From Myxococcota bacterium (GTDB lineage Bacteria > Myxococcota_A > UBA9160 > UBA4427), in the NCBI GenBank assembly GCA_045106235.1, contig JBGCEJ010000023.1, positions 444,823-508,822 of the forward strand: a stretch of DNA of 64,000 nucleotides, written 5' to 3'. The notes beneath the pieces are model-generated. The model ran no database searches. It saw only the letters and a program-made list of their open reading frames with translations, and was not told the origin of the DNA. This document shows, piece by piece, positions 1 to 10,026 of this stretch (positions are counted from its first letter, which is position 1; each line of letters begins with the position of its first letter). The translations under genes were made by a program, and so were the position numbers.

Positions 1-296
1 AACTCGGCGTAGGTGAACATGGCGAGCCCGCCCTGATCATCGAAACCGCGCAGCTCCCCTTCGCGAATCGCGATTCGGAAATCGGGGTTGCTTCCGTAGC
101 CTGCTCGAATGCCGGTGACGAGTTGCTCGCCGGTCAGGATTTGGCCAGAAGGCTGGATGTTGACCATGCCTGGCGCGAGGCGCCCCGCAAACTCCCGGAT
201 AAAATCGGCGTCCGACTGAGGCACATCGCCTCTAAACCATGCCGAGATATACGCGTGAACGGCGTCCACCTCTTGGACGAGGGTCGCCTTCAGCAT
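1..296 (-). CDS. NTF2/DUF4440-like small protein, truncated by the window edge
   Basis: Not in the ORF track. My translation from ATG 296 is MLKATLVQEVDAVHAYISAWFRGD...RLAPGMVNIQPSGQILTGEQLVTGIRAGYGSNPDFRIAIRE, open to position 1. It lies 35 bp downstream of cysK. Confidence 0.6.
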   Translation of the reverse strand, partial: MLKATLVQEVDAVHAYISAWFRGDVPQSDADFIREFAGRLAPGMVNIQPSGQILTGEQLVTGIRAGYGSNPDFRIAIREGELRGFDDQGGLAMFTYAE

Positions 297-331
297 GGCC
301 TTTCGGCGGCCCCAGTCCTGCGTTTCCTCGT

Positions 332-1330
332 CTACAGCCATTCGGGTACCGGGAGGCCCTTCTCGCGCAGAAATGTCGGGTTGAACATCTTGCTCTGATA
401 GCGCGTGCCCGAATCGCAGAGGATCGTCACGATCGTATGCCCGGGGCCCATTCGCTCCGCGAGTCGGATCGCTCCCGCGACGTTCACTCCGCTCGAACCA
501 CCGAGGCAAAGGCCCTCTTCCTTCAAAAGCGCGAAGGCGATCGGAAGCCATTCGCTGTCAGGAATCTGGAATGCACAGTCAATCGGCGCGTCTTCGAGAT
601 TCGCCGTGATGCGCCCTTGGCCAATGCCTTCGCTGATCGAAGTGCCTTCGGCTTTGAGCGAGCCGTGCTCGTAGTAGTGATAAAGGGCCGCACCTTCAGG
701 ATCAGCGAGACCGATCTGGATCGCGGGATTGCGTTCTTTCAAAGCAAGACCGACACCCGCGATCGTTCCGCCTGTTCCTGCAGCGCAGATAAAGCCGTCG
801 ACTTGGCCCGCAGTCTGGTCCCAGATCTCGGGGCCCGTCGTTGCGCGATGTCCCTCACGATTGGCCACATTATCGAATTGATTGGCCCAGACGGCGCCCG
901 CCGGCTCGGTTTCCGCAAGTTCTTCCGCAAGGCGGCGCGAGACGTGGACGTAGTTGCCGGGATCTTTGTACGGCTTCGCAGGGACTTCGCGGAGATCCGC
1001 GCCGCAGAGCCGGAGCATGTCCTTCTTCTCTTGGCTCTGGGTTTCGGGGATCACGATCACGGTCTTGTAGCCCCGGGCATTGCCGACGAGCGCGAGGCCA
1101 ATCCCGGTGTTCCCCGCCGTGCCTTCGACGATCGTGCCGCCGGGACGAAGAACGCCCCGGGCCTCCGCGTCTTCCACGATGGCGAGCGCAGCGCGGTCCT
1201 TCACAGAGCCACCCGGATTCAGAAACTCGGCCTTGCCGAGGATCTCGCATCCGGTGAGCGCAGACGCGCGTTCGAGGCGAATCAGTGGCGTTTCACCGAT
1301 CGCGCCCAAAAAGCCGTCGCGGGTTTCCAT
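332..1330 (-). CDS. cysK: cysteine synthase (PLP-dependent O-acetylserine sulfhydrylase)
   Basis: KAEFLNPGGSVKDR PLP-lysine motif, EGTAGNTG and GTGGT motifs. Start trimmed to METRDGF. Confidence 0.92.
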   Translation of the reverse strand: METRDGFLGAIGETPLIRLERASALTGCEILGKAEFLNPGGSVKDRAALAIVEDAEARGVLRPGGTIVEGTAGNTGIGLALVGNARGYKTVIVIPETQSQEKKDMLRLCGADLREVPAKPYKDPGNYVHVSRRLAEELAETEPAGAVWANQFDNVANREGHRATTGPEIWDQTAGQVDGFICAAGTGGTIAGVGLALKERNPAIQIGLADPEGAALYHYYEHGSLKAEGTSISEGIGQGRITANLEDAPIDCAFQIPDSEWLPIAFALLKEEGLCLGGSSGVNVAGAIRLAERMGPGHTIVTILCDSGTRYQSKMFNPTFLREKGLPVPEWL

Positions 1331-1341
1331 TTGAGGCAGAC

Positions 1342-1851
1342 CTAACTGCGGCCGAGCCGCCGATCGATCGCGGTCGCCCGACCGTCGCCCGTCGGCTGAT
1401 ACACCACCCGCACTTCGCCCACGACCGACTTCCATTCCTCAAGAATGGCTTTGTCTTCCGTATCGAAGGTCGTGAAGCCGCTGCGCAGCATGTAGGGCAC
1501 CTGCTCGAGCATCACCTCACCCATCGCTCGGATCTCGCCCGCGTACTGCATGCGCTCTTTCAAGATTCGGGCGGAGGTGAAAGCTCGCCCGTCCGAGAAA
1601 ACCGGGAAGTCGAGCGCGACCAGCGCAATCTTGGCGAAGTCCGCGTCGGCAATATCCGTCGGTGACTCGTCCGAGGCCAACCACACTCCGAGATCGCCGT
1701 CGCGGGCGAGTAGAGCGTCGCGTTCCGTCTGGAACCGCGAGAGTGAGACAAGCACGCCGCCGCTTGCAGGCAAGGCCCCTTCGTCATCGACTCGGGTGAA
1801 GCGATCTTCAACGACCGCTGCGCTGTCGCCCTTCGGCTCAAGCAGTGCCAT
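1342..1851 (-). CDS. DUF934 family protein (sulfite reductase-associated)
   Basis: ALDFPVFSDGRAFTSARILKERMQYAGEIRAMG motif; overlaps the cysI stop. Confidence 0.85.
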   Translation of the reverse strand: MALLEPKGDSAAVVEDRFTRVDDEGALPASGGVLVSLSRFQTERDALLARDGDLGVWLASDESPTDIADADFAKIALVALDFPVFSDGRAFTSARILKERMQYAGEIRAMGEVMLEQVPYMLRSGFTTFDTEDKAILEEWKSVVGEVRVVYQPTGDGRATAIDRRLGRS

Positions 1852-3493
1852 AGACCTTCTCCTTGAACGGGTTCTGTCCGACCCGGCGATAGGTATCAAT
1901 GAAGCGTTCGCCGTCTTCGCGAAGCTCGAGATAGATATCAACGATCTTCTCGACGATGTCCACGACTTCGTCCGCCGAAAAGCCACGACCGAGGATCTTG
2001 CCCAGCGCCGCATTCTCGCTGGCGTCGCCGCCAAGCTGGATCTGGTAATGCTCCTCGCCCTTGCGATCGACCCCGAGGATGCCGATATGGCCCACGTGGT
2101 GATGACCGCAGGCGTTGATGCAGCCCGAGATCTTGATCTGCATCTCGCCGATCAGGTCGAGTCGCTCCTGCGCCGCAAAACGCTGGGTGATCTGGGTGGC
2201 GATCGGGATGGACCGAGCGTTGGCCAGAGCACAATAGTCGAGCCCCGGGCAGCAGATAATATCCGAAAGCAGTCCGACGTTAGGCGAAGCGAGTTCCGCC
2301 GCGGCCAGCTTGTCATAGAGCGCAGGAAGCGCAGCCCGTTCAACATGGGGCAGTACGAGGTTCTGCGCGTGGGTCACGCGCAGTTCGCCGAAGCTGTATT
2401 CGTCCGCGAGGTCCGCCACGAGGTCCATCTGCTCCGCCGTTGCGTCGCCCGGCGGTTCACCGACGGGCTTGAGCGAGATGTTCGCGATGGTGTAGCCCGC
2501 GACCTTATGCTCCACGCAGTTGTGATTCACCCAGGCCGCAAAGGCCGGATCACTCGTCATTCGGGCGTCAACGTCGGGCGAGACATTCTCAAGGGCGCGG
2601 AAAGCCGGCGGCTCGAAATGCTTCGCGATGCGGTCGATTTCTTCCTTGGGCAGCTTCAGTGAAGAGTCCTTGATCGAAAGCCATTCGGCCTCAACGAGCT
2701 CGCGGAACTCTTCGATCCCGGTCTCATGGACCGTGACCTTGATGCGCGCCTTGTACTTGTTGTCCCGGCGACCGAGCTGGTTGTAGGTCCGCAGGATGGC
2801 CTCGAGATAGGAAAGAAGATCTTCCTTGCCGAGGAAATCACGGATCGTCTTGCCAACGAAAGGCGTGCGCCCGAGGCCGCCGCCCACGATGACTTCGAAG
2901 CCGGCTTCGCCGCCCTCGCCGCGCTTCATGATCAGCCCGATGTCGTGGACCTTGACCGCCGCACGATCATCCTCACAGCCCGTGACCGCGATCTTGAACT
3001 TGCGCGGCAGAAACGAGAATTCCGGGTGAAGCGTCGACCATTGGCGAATAATCTCACACCACACGCGGGGATCTTCGATCTCGCCCTTCGCTGCCCCGGC
3101 GTACTGATCCGAGGTCGTGTTGCGAATGCAGTTGCCCGAGGTCTGGATGGCATGCATCTCGACTTCAGCGAGCTCTGCGAGAATATCCGGCGTCTCTTCG
3201 AGCTTCGGCCAGTTGTACTGCAGATTCTGCCGCGTCGTAAAATGCCCGTAGCCCTTGTCGTAGCGGCGCGCGATGTACGCGAGCTTGCGCATCTGCCGCG
3301 AATCCAGCGTCCCATACGGAATCGCCACGCGGAGCATGTAGGCATGCAGCTGGAGATAGAGCCCGTTCATCAGGCGCAGCGGTCGGAATTGTTCTTCCGA
3401 AATTTCACCGGCCATGCGGCGTTCGACCTGACGGCGGAACTGCGCGACGCGGTCCTGCACGAGAGCATGATCATGTTCGTCGTAGTGGTACAT
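1838..3493 (-). CDS. cysI: sulfite/nitrite reductase hemoprotein (siroheme, 4Fe-4S)
   Basis: FRPLRLMNGLYLQLHAYMLR, LPRKFKIA, CPGLDYC and SGCINACGHHH cluster ligands. Confidence 0.92.
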   Translation of the reverse strand: MYHYDEHDHALVQDRVAQFRRQVERRMAGEISEEQFRPLRLMNGLYLQLHAYMLRVAIPYGTLDSRQMRKLAYIARRYDKGYGHFTTRQNLQYNWPKLEETPDILAELAEVEMHAIQTSGNCIRNTTSDQYAGAAKGEIEDPRVWCEIIRQWSTLHPEFSFLPRKFKIAVTGCEDDRAAVKVHDIGLIMKRGEGGEAGFEVIVGGGLGRTPFVGKTIRDFLGKEDLLSYLEAILRTYNQLGRRDNKYKARIKVTVHETGIEEFRELVEAEWLSIKDSSLKLPKEEIDRIAKHFEPPAFRALENVSPDVDARMTSDPAFAAWVNHNCVEHKVAGYTIANISLKPVGEPPGDATAEQMDLVADLADEYSFGELRVTHAQNLVLPHVERAALPALYDKLAAAELASPNVGLLSDIICCPGLDYCALANARSIPIATQITQRFAAQERLDLIGEMQIKISGCINACGHHHVGHIGILGVDRKGEEHYQIQLGGDASENAALGKILGRGFSADEVVDIVEKIVDIYLELREDGERFIDTYRRVGQNPFKEKVYGTA

Positions 3494-3506
3494 CTCTAAG
3501 CCTCTT

Positions 3507-3824
3507 CTAAGCTTCAGATCCTTCGGCCTGTTTGCCGAGGTCGGTTCGAATCGTGGGTCCGAGGCAGCGAATCACCTCGCGATATTTCGTCGGCCGAAGC
3601 TGGCCGCCCTGCTCTTCCACATCAATTAGATAAGGTTCGACGACGGAATTGCTGGCGGTCGCATCCGCTTCGCCGAGCGTCAGGAGTTCATTCGCTCGGG
3701 CATCGTCCGCCGCGACCTCTGCGTCCTCGAAGCGTGTTGCCCACTCGACTGCGCTGCCCGCGCTCTTGAGGAACACGACGATTCCGTCGGTGAGGCGGCT
3801 CGCAATCACAATCTGCTGGCCCAT
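3507..3824 (-). CDS. DUF2849 family protein
   Basis: IASRLTDGIVVFL...VVEPYLIDV...REVIRCLGPTIR; the usual position directly upstream of cysI. Confidence 0.85.
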   Translation of the reverse strand: MGQQIVIASRLTDGIVVFLKSAGSAVEWATRFEDAEVAADDARANELLTLGEADATASNSVVEPYLIDVEEQGGQLRPTKYREVIRCLGPTIRTDLGKQAEGSEA

Positions 3825-4271
3825 GGCTGGCGGATCCTTCCTTGATTTCCATCCGCAGGCCGCGCTCGAAAGCGCAGTCGCGGTCGTTCCTCCGCTGCGA
3901 AGAAGCCCAGGATCGACACCCAGTCCCGGATCTCCACGGCGATCGTTTGTAAGTTGGCGGCCCGGGTCAGCTCCTGAGGCGAACGGGGCTCGGTCAAAAC
4001 CCCGAGTGCTCGCTCATTTGGTTCGGAAAGCCCTTCAAATCCAGGGCCTTGCATGCCGGGCACGGCGAACGCGGGAGCGTACTGGACCCCTCTGGCCTTG
4101 GCAACGAAATCCCGAGTGCGTCCATCGGGATTCTCCCCGACCCACAAGCTGCCCGGCAGAATGCGAAAGGTCCCGAAAGCTGCGCCACGGGCAGCGCCTA
4201 AAGCAGGGCCCAGCGCCCTCGTTTCCGCCCCGCCATTGACGGAAACCGCGCATCGTGAGTAACTGCCACGC

Positions 4272-4973
4272 GTGACGAACAAAAATACCTCCGAGACCCA
4301 AAGCTCCATGAATGATCTCCCGCCCGCGCTCGTGCTCGCAAGTGGCTCTCCCCGCCGCAGCCAAATCCTGGGCGACGCCGGCCTCCGGTTCGAAATCCAG
4401 CCCTCGGGTATCGACGAGAAGACGCGCCCGGGCGAGTCGCCACCCGACCTGGCAGAACGCCTCGCGCGCGAAAAAGCCGAAGACGTCGCCGCACGCCTGG
4501 CGGAAGGGCCAACCCGCCCCGTCTTAGGCTCGGACACGATCGTCGTCGCCGGCCCCAATGTCCTGGGTAAGCCCCGAGATGCCGAGCACGCCGTCGAACT
4601 GCTCAGCCAACTCGTTGGGACCACCCACCGCGTCATGACCGCGATCGCCCTGGCCTGGACAGACGGACGTGGAACAACGTCCCAAGTCGTCACCAGCGAA
4701 GTCGAGATGCGCCCCGCGACCCGGGATGAGCTGATCGAATATGTCGCCGTGGGCGAATCTCTGGACAAAGCTGGCGGCTACGCGCTCCAGGGCGAAGGTG
4801 CTCGCTTCGTCGTCGAAGTCCGCGGTAGCTCATCGAACGTCATCGGCTTGCCGCTTGAGGAAACTCTCGCCCTGCTAGACGCCGCAGGGGCCAGCCCATT
4901 CACACGTGACGCGGCTCCCCGCAGCGCTGATCATGAGGCCAACACCGCGCCTCGAACGTCGAGCGACAACTAA
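4272..4973 (+). CDS. maf: Maf/YhdE nucleoside triphosphate pyrophosphatase
   Basis: LVLASGSPRR, GSDTIV, LGKP, DKAGGY and NVIGLPL motifs. Alternative start at 4308. Confidence 0.92.
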   Translation: MTNKNTSETQSSMNDLPPALVLASGSPRRSQILGDAGLRFEIQPSGIDEKTRPGESPPDLAERLAREKAEDVAARLAEGPTRPVLGSDTIVVAGPNVLGKPRDAEHAVELLSQLVGTTHRVMTAIALAWTDGRGTTSQVVTSEVEMRPATRDELIEYVAVGESLDKAGGYALQGEGARFVVEVRGSSSNVIGLPLEETLALLDAAGASPFTRDAAPRSADHEANTAPRTSSDN

Positions 4974-4974
4974 C

Positions 4975-5766
4975 ATGCCCGGTACGGACGAATCTGCCGA
5001 AATCGGACGGGCGCTCGGAGTTTCAGAAGCCGCCGTGAACGAAGCGAGTCGTCGACTCACTGAGGTCCAAGCTCGGATTCAACGCGCAGCGGATCGCGCG
5101 AAACGTGATCCGAACGAGGTTCAATTGGTGGGCGTTGCGAAGCGTCAGCCCGAAGAGCGCATCCTCGCGGCCGTCGCAGCGGGCGTCCATGTCCTCGGCC
5201 AGAGCTATATCCAGGAAGCCCGGGAAATCCGGCCCACGATCGAAGCCGCGCTCAGTCGCTGGCCCGCGAATGCGACGCCGCCGCCTCCGGCGCTGCGCTG
5301 GCATATGGTCGGCCGGCTCCAGCGCAATAAGGCCGGGCTCGCGGCCCGACTCTTTGAGACGATTGAAAGTGTGGACCGGCCGGAACTCGCAGACAAACTC
5401 GCGCGCTGTGCCGAACAAGAGGGCAAGGTGCTCGACGTACTGATCCAGCTCAGCCTCTGCGGCGAACCCCAGAAAGGCGGCTGCGAAATCGACGCGCTCG
5501 AGCCCCTCGCCGAGAAAATTCTGGCCTCGCCCACACTCCGGCTGAAGGGATTGATGACTGTCCCCGCCGCCGGCCCCGATCCTGAATCCTCTCGCCCTGC
5601 CTTCGCGCAGCTCCGAGAACTCCGCGAAGGGCTCTCGCGTCTCGATCCCAGCCTTGCCGACGGAGCGCTTTCGATGGGGATGTCCGGGGATCTTGAGGTC
5701 GCCGTCGAAGAGGGCGCTACCCTGATCCGCGTCGGCACAGCCTTATTCGGCGAACGCGTAAGCTAG
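4975..5766 (+). CDS. yggS: PLP homeostasis protein YggS
   Basis: WHMVGRLQRNK, LKGLMT and LSMGMSGDLEVAVEEGATLIRVGTALFG motifs. Confidence 0.92.
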   Translation: MPGTDESAEIGRALGVSEAAVNEASRRLTEVQARIQRAADRAKRDPNEVQLVGVAKRQPEERILAAVAAGVHVLGQSYIQEAREIRPTIEAALSRWPANATPPPPALRWHMVGRLQRNKAGLAARLFETIESVDRPELADKLARCAEQEGKVLDVLIQLSLCGEPQKGGCEIDALEPLAEKILASPTLRLKGLMTVPAAGPDPESSRPAFAQLRELREGLSRLDPSLADGALSMGMSGDLEVAVEEGATLIRVGTALFGERVS

Positions 5767-5821
5767 TTCGCAGCCAGGGCTCGGCCGGCGAGATAATCGA
5801 TCAACGAGGAGTACGAACGGG

Positions 5822-6649
5822 ATGGCGAAAACAGAACTCGGCAAAAGCACAATCGGCTTCATCGGCTGCGGCGCGATGGCTCGCGCTCTGGCCGGCGGAC
5901 TCGTCGAAGCCGGCGTTGCTCCGAGTCAAATCCGTGCATCCGATCCCTTTGCCGGCGCGCGCGAGCAGTTCGCAGAGGCGATTGGCGCAACGCCCGTGGA
6001 AGACAACGATGAGGTGATCCGCGGCGCCGATTTGGTCGTCCTCGCGGTCAAGCCCGGTGCTGTTGCCGGCGTTCTGAAGGCGCTCGACCCGAAGGCGGCC
6101 TCTGGCCCCATCTGGGTTTCCATCGCCGCAGGGGTGCCGCTTGCGGCTCTGGCGGGCGCCCTGCCCACCTCGACGCGAATCGTGCGGACGATGCCCAATA
6201 CGCCGGCGCTGGTCGGCGCGGGGGCAACCGCCTATTTCCCAGGCCCCGGCGTCGCCGAGGACGATCTCGCCCTCGTGGAGCAAGTTCTCGAGGCCGCGGG
6301 CTATTGCTGGCAGTCCCCCAACGAAGATCTGCTGGATGCGGTGACTGGCCTTTCGGGCAGCGGGCCCGCCTACGTTTTCCTCATTCTCGAAGCGCTCTCG
6401 GATGCGGGCGTTCGTCAAGGGCTGCCCCGGGACGCGGCACAGGCCCTGGCTACCCGCACGGTCTTTGGCGCCGCGAAGCTCGCCCTCGAAACAGGAACGC
6501 ACCCCGGCGTCCTGAAAGACCAGGTGACCTCCCCCGGTGGCACCACCATCGCCGGGCTGGAACAACTGGAAGCCGGCGGCGTGCGTGCGGCGCTCTATGA
6601 AGCGGTGCGCGCGGCGACGGACCGCTCGAAGGAACTCCGGGATAGCTAG
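5822..6649 (+). CDS. proC: pyrroline-5-carboxylate reductase
   Basis: IGFIGCGAM, VRTMPNTP, GLSGSGPAY and VTSPGGTT motifs. Confidence 0.95.
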   Translation: MAKTELGKSTIGFIGCGAMARALAGGLVEAGVAPSQIRASDPFAGAREQFAEAIGATPVEDNDEVIRGADLVVLAVKPGAVAGVLKALDPKAASGPIWVSIAAGVPLAALAGALPTSTRIVRTMPNTPALVGAGATAYFPGPGVAEDDLALVEQVLEAAGYCWQSPNEDLLDAVTGLSGSGPAYVFLILEALSDAGVRQGLPRDAAQALATRTVFGAAKLALETGTHPGVLKDQVTSPGGTTIAGLEQLEAGGVRAALYEAVRAATDRSKELRDS

Positions 6650-6707
6650 AACACTGATTCCTCTGGCCGGATGCCCTCGATACGGTCCGGCAATTGTGAC
6701 CAAATTC

Positions 6708-6736
6708 CTCAAGATCGACGCGCCCCTGGCCGATTC
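6708..6736 (+). promoter_or_regulatory. sigma-28-like promoter upstream of divIVA
   Basis: CTCAAG-N15-GCCGATTC. Confidence 0.6.
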
Positions 6737-6895
6737 TCTTGCCGGAGCGAGAGCGTTTTTTGCCCATGCAGATGCGCATTCGTTCCTATGCAGCCCGCGA
6801 CACGCCGCTGAGAGCCCGTTGAGGACTCTTTCTGCTTTCGCGGGTCCGCCGGTCGCGCCGGTCACCAAGGTCACGAAGCGAGGAGAATCAGCCCC

Positions 6896-7489
6896 ATGCG
6901 CATGACACCCCTGGACGTCCAGAGCCATCAGTTCGCCCATCGCCTTCGAGGATATGACCCCGACGAAGTGGATGCTTTCCTGCGAATCGTGTCCGAGGAC
7001 TATGAATCTCTGGTTCGCGAAACCGAGAGCCAGGGCGACCGAATTCGCCGCCTCGAAAGCCGGATCGAAGAACTCTCCGCTCAGGAGAACCTCCTCAAGG
7101 AGACCCTCGTGAGCGCCCAGTCGATGACCGAGGAGCTCCGGGCCAGCGCCCAGCGCGAAGCCGATCTCCGCCTCGCTGAAGTCGAAGTGCGGGCCGAGAA
7201 GATCCTCGATGCCTCCCATCGCCGCGCCGCCCGCCTCGCCCAGGATATCCGTGAAATGCGGGGCCTCCGTACGCGCCTCGGCGAAGCCCTCCGCAGCACA
7301 GCTGAGACCCATATGGCCCTCCTCGAAACCCTCGAAACCGACGCCGAGGACGATCCGCTCGTCCAGGGCCTCGAAGAAGGCACCATCTCGTATCTCCAGA
7401 GCGATCGCCGCCGCGCCGCGGTCGCTGAGCCTGAAACGACCTCTGAATCCGACTCGACTGAGTACTCGGAGGAGTCGACGACGGCCTGA
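6896..7489 (+). CDS. divIVA: DivIVA domain protein
   Basis: MTPLDVQSHQF...RGYDPDEVDAFL N-terminal motif followed by coiled coil; GAGGAG RBS. Confidence 0.9.
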   Translation: MRMTPLDVQSHQFAHRLRGYDPDEVDAFLRIVSEDYESLVRETESQGDRIRRLESRIEELSAQENLLKETLVSAQSMTEELRASAQREADLRLAEVEVRAEKILDASHRRAARLAQDIREMRGLRTRLGEALRSTAETHMALLETLETDAEDDPLVQGLEEGTISYLQSDRRRAAVAEPETTSESDSTEYSEESTTA

Positions 7490-7608
7490 TGCATCCTTAA
7501 GGTTTCAGTTGAGTCTCGCGGCTCCTTTGCGCCCGTCGGGCACCCGTTGGCAGCTCTGCTCCAATGGGATATCAAAGGCGCCGACTGAGACCCTGCAAGG
7601 AACCCAGG

Positions 7609-7935
7609 ATGCCGACCTACGACTACCAGTGCGAGAAATGCGGATTCGAGTTCGAGCGCGAGCAGCGCATCACCGAAGACCCCATCAAAACCTGCCCTGA
7701 GTGCAAAGGCCGAAAGGTCAAAAAACTGCTCTCCGCGCCCAATTTTATTTTGAAGGGCGGCGGCTGGTACGCCGACGGCTACGGCAGCACGGCCAAGAAG
7801 AGCGGCGGGAGCGATTCCTCCTCCGAGTCCTCCTCTTCCTCATCCGACGCCTCATCCTCCTCCTCGAAATCCGCCAAGGGCGATTCAGGCTCGAAGTCCT
7901 CGGGCAAGTCTGAATCCAGTTCGAGCGCGTCCTAG
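7609..7935 (+). CDS. FmdB-family zinc-ribbon protein with Ser-rich tail
   Basis: [12 protein letters not shown]...CPEC...[13 protein letters not shown]. Confidence 0.88.
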   Translation: MPTYDYQCEKCGFEFEREQRITEDPIKTCPECKGRKVKKLLSAPNFILKGGGWYADGYGSTAKKSGGSDSSSESSSSSSDASSSSSKSAKGDSGSKSSGKSESSSSAS

Positions 7936-8021
7936 TTTCCCTGCGCTCGCGCTGACGGGCGAAACAGCCAACTCCACTCGACCTCGGTCGGGGCGAAACG
8001 ACGAGAAAAAGGGCCACCGTA

Positions 8022-8903
8022 ATGACGGAAAACGCAAAGACTGAAAAGATCGAAACCGTCGTCGTGGATGGTTTGGGGCTCGCGAACCAGCTCCGAGACG
8101 AAATGGCCAAGGAAATCGAGGCGCTCACCGCCGCGGGGCATCGCCCCCCTCAGTTGACCGTCGTGCTCGTAGGAGACGACCCCGCAAGCAAGTCCTATAT
8201 CAAGGGAAAACAGCGCGCCTGCGCCCGCATCGGGGCTGACTCGTCGGAGCATATTCTGCCCGAGTCGACGACGCAGGAAGAGCTCCTCGCCCTCCTCGAT
8301 CAGCTAAATAACGACGACGGCGTGGACGGCATCCTGGTTCAACTGCCTCTGCCCAAGCATATTTCTCCGGAAGTGATTGCCGAGGCGATCAACCCCGCCA
8401 AAGACGCAGACGCGCTCCACCCGCTCAATTTCGGCCGTCTCCTCCTCGGGAATGCAGAGCTGATTTCCTGCACGCCTCTCGGTGTGATGGCGGTCCTCGA
8501 ACGGCATAACATCCCAATCTCGGGCAAGCATGCCGTCGTGATTGGTCGAAGCAATATCGTTGGTAAACCCGTTTCAATCCTGCTGCAGCAACAAAATGCA
8601 ACCGTGACGATGTGCCATTCGCGCACGGAAGACCTTGCCGGCGTTTGCCGCAGCGCCGATATCCTGGTCGCCGCAGTCGGCAGCCCCCGCATGGTCAAGG
8701 CCGATTGGATCGCGCCGGGTGCCGCCGTCATGGACGTGGGCGTGACGGAAGTCGACGGAAAACTGGTCGGAGATGTGGATTTCGAGGCGGCGCAGGGCAT
8801 CGCCGGCATCATCACGCCCTCGCGGCGCGGCATCGGCCCAATGACGATCACCATGCTGCTGCGCAACACGCTGCATGCCTACAAGGTCCGCAAGGGCCTG
8901 TGA
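8022..8903 (+). CDS. folD: bifunctional methylene-THF dehydrogenase/cyclohydrolase
   Basis: GILVQLPLP, CTPLG, GRSNIVGKP and GIGPMTI motifs. Confidence 0.95.
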   Translation: MTENAKTEKIETVVVDGLGLANQLRDEMAKEIEALTAAGHRPPQLTVVLVGDDPASKSYIKGKQRACARIGADSSEHILPESTTQEELLALLDQLNNDDGVDGILVQLPLPKHISPEVIAEAINPAKDADALHPLNFGRLLLGNAELISCTPLGVMAVLERHNIPISGKHAVVIGRSNIVGKPVSILLQQQNATVTMCHSRTEDLAGVCRSADILVAAVGSPRMVKADWIAPGAAVMDVGVTEVDGKLVGDVDFEAAQGIAGIITPSRRGIGPMTITMLLRNTLHAYKVRKGL

Positions 8904-10015
8904 GCGACGCCTCCGCCACACCATCCGCAACGAGCGAAGCCCTTCGCACGCCGCTCCACGCAGCCCACTTGCGCCTCGGTGCGCGCATGATGCCCTTCGC
9001 CGGCTTTGATATGCCGGTGCAGTACTCATCGATCCGTGAGGAGCATGAAGCGGTCCGCGAGCGCGCCGGCCTTTTCGACGTGTCCCATATGGGCCAGGTC
9101 CATCTCTCGGGACCCCGCGCGAACGAGGCGGCAGAAGCCCTCGTCACCTGCGAGATCGCATCCCTTCGCGTCGACCGCGCAAGGTACGGACTCATGCTGA
9201 ACGACGAGGCCGGCTGCGTGGATGATGTGATGGTCACCCGCGAGGCCGACGATGCCCTGTTCTTCTGCGTCAACGCATCGAATATCGAGAGGGATGTCGC
9301 TTGGATCCAGGACCGCGTCGGACCCGATGTCCTCGTCGAGGACCGAAGTGCTGAGACGGCACTCCTCGCGCTCCAAGGCCCCGCTGCCTCCGCGATCCTG
9401 AAGAAGCTCGCCTCACCGGGCGCCGAATTGCCGAAGCGATTCCGCGTCTCGCGCCTTTCAATCTCGGGCATCGATGTGCTCGTTTCCGCGACGGGCTACA
9501 CCGGTGCCCCTGGTTTTGAGATCTACCTGCCGGGTACGTACGCAGAAAAGCTCTTCGACCAGCTGCTTGAGATCGGGGCCGACGACGGCATCCTGCCTGC
9601 AGGTCTCGGCGCGCGAGATACGCTGCGCCTCGAAGCCGGACTCGCACTCTACGGCCATGAACTGGACGACACGACAAGTCCGTTCGAGGCGGGCCTTGAC
9701 CGCTTCGTAAAACCCCTCGAGAGCGGCTTCATCGGATCGGAGGTCCTCGGGAAACGGAGCCAAGGAGCCGACGACCGCCTACTCGTCGGCTTCGAAATGA
9801 TCGGCCGCGGTATCGCCCGCGCCGACTACGAGATCCTGTCAGAGGGTCAGGTCGTCGGCCGGGTGACCTCCGGAGCGCCCTCCCCGACCCTCGGAAAGTC
9901 GATCGGGCTTGGCTACGTTCCAAGGCGTCTCGCCGAGGCCGGCCAGCCTCTCCAGATTCGGATTCGAACCAAGGACATCGACGCCCAAATCGTCAAAGTC
10001 CCCTTTTTGAAATGA
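8900..10015 (+). CDS. gcvT: glycine cleavage system aminomethyltransferase T
   Basis: RTPLH, FAGFDMPVQY, GLFDVSHMG and GLGARDTLRLEAG motifs; GTG start overlaps the folD stop. Confidence 0.93.
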   Translation: MSDASATPSATSEALRTPLHAAHLRLGARMMPFAGFDMPVQYSSIREEHEAVRERAGLFDVSHMGQVHLSGPRANEAAEALVTCEIASLRVDRARYGLMLNDEAGCVDDVMVTREADDALFFCVNASNIERDVAWIQDRVGPDVLVEDRSAETALLALQGPAASAILKKLASPGAELPKRFRVSRLSISGIDVLVSATGYTGAPGFEIYLPGTYAEKLFDQLLEIGADDGILPAGLGARDTLRLEAGLALYGHELDDTTSPFEAGLDRFVKPLESGFIGSEVLGKRSQGADDRLLVGFEMIGRGIARADYEILSEGQVVGRVTSGAPSPTLGKSIGLGYVPRRLAEAGQPLQIRIRTKDIDAQIVKVPFLK

Positions 10016-10026
10016 AAGAAGGCCCC

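Noticed and set aside
3825-4271. SAM riboswitch ahead of the cys operon
   Set aside because: I found no SAM-I or SAM-II core motifs on the minus strand.
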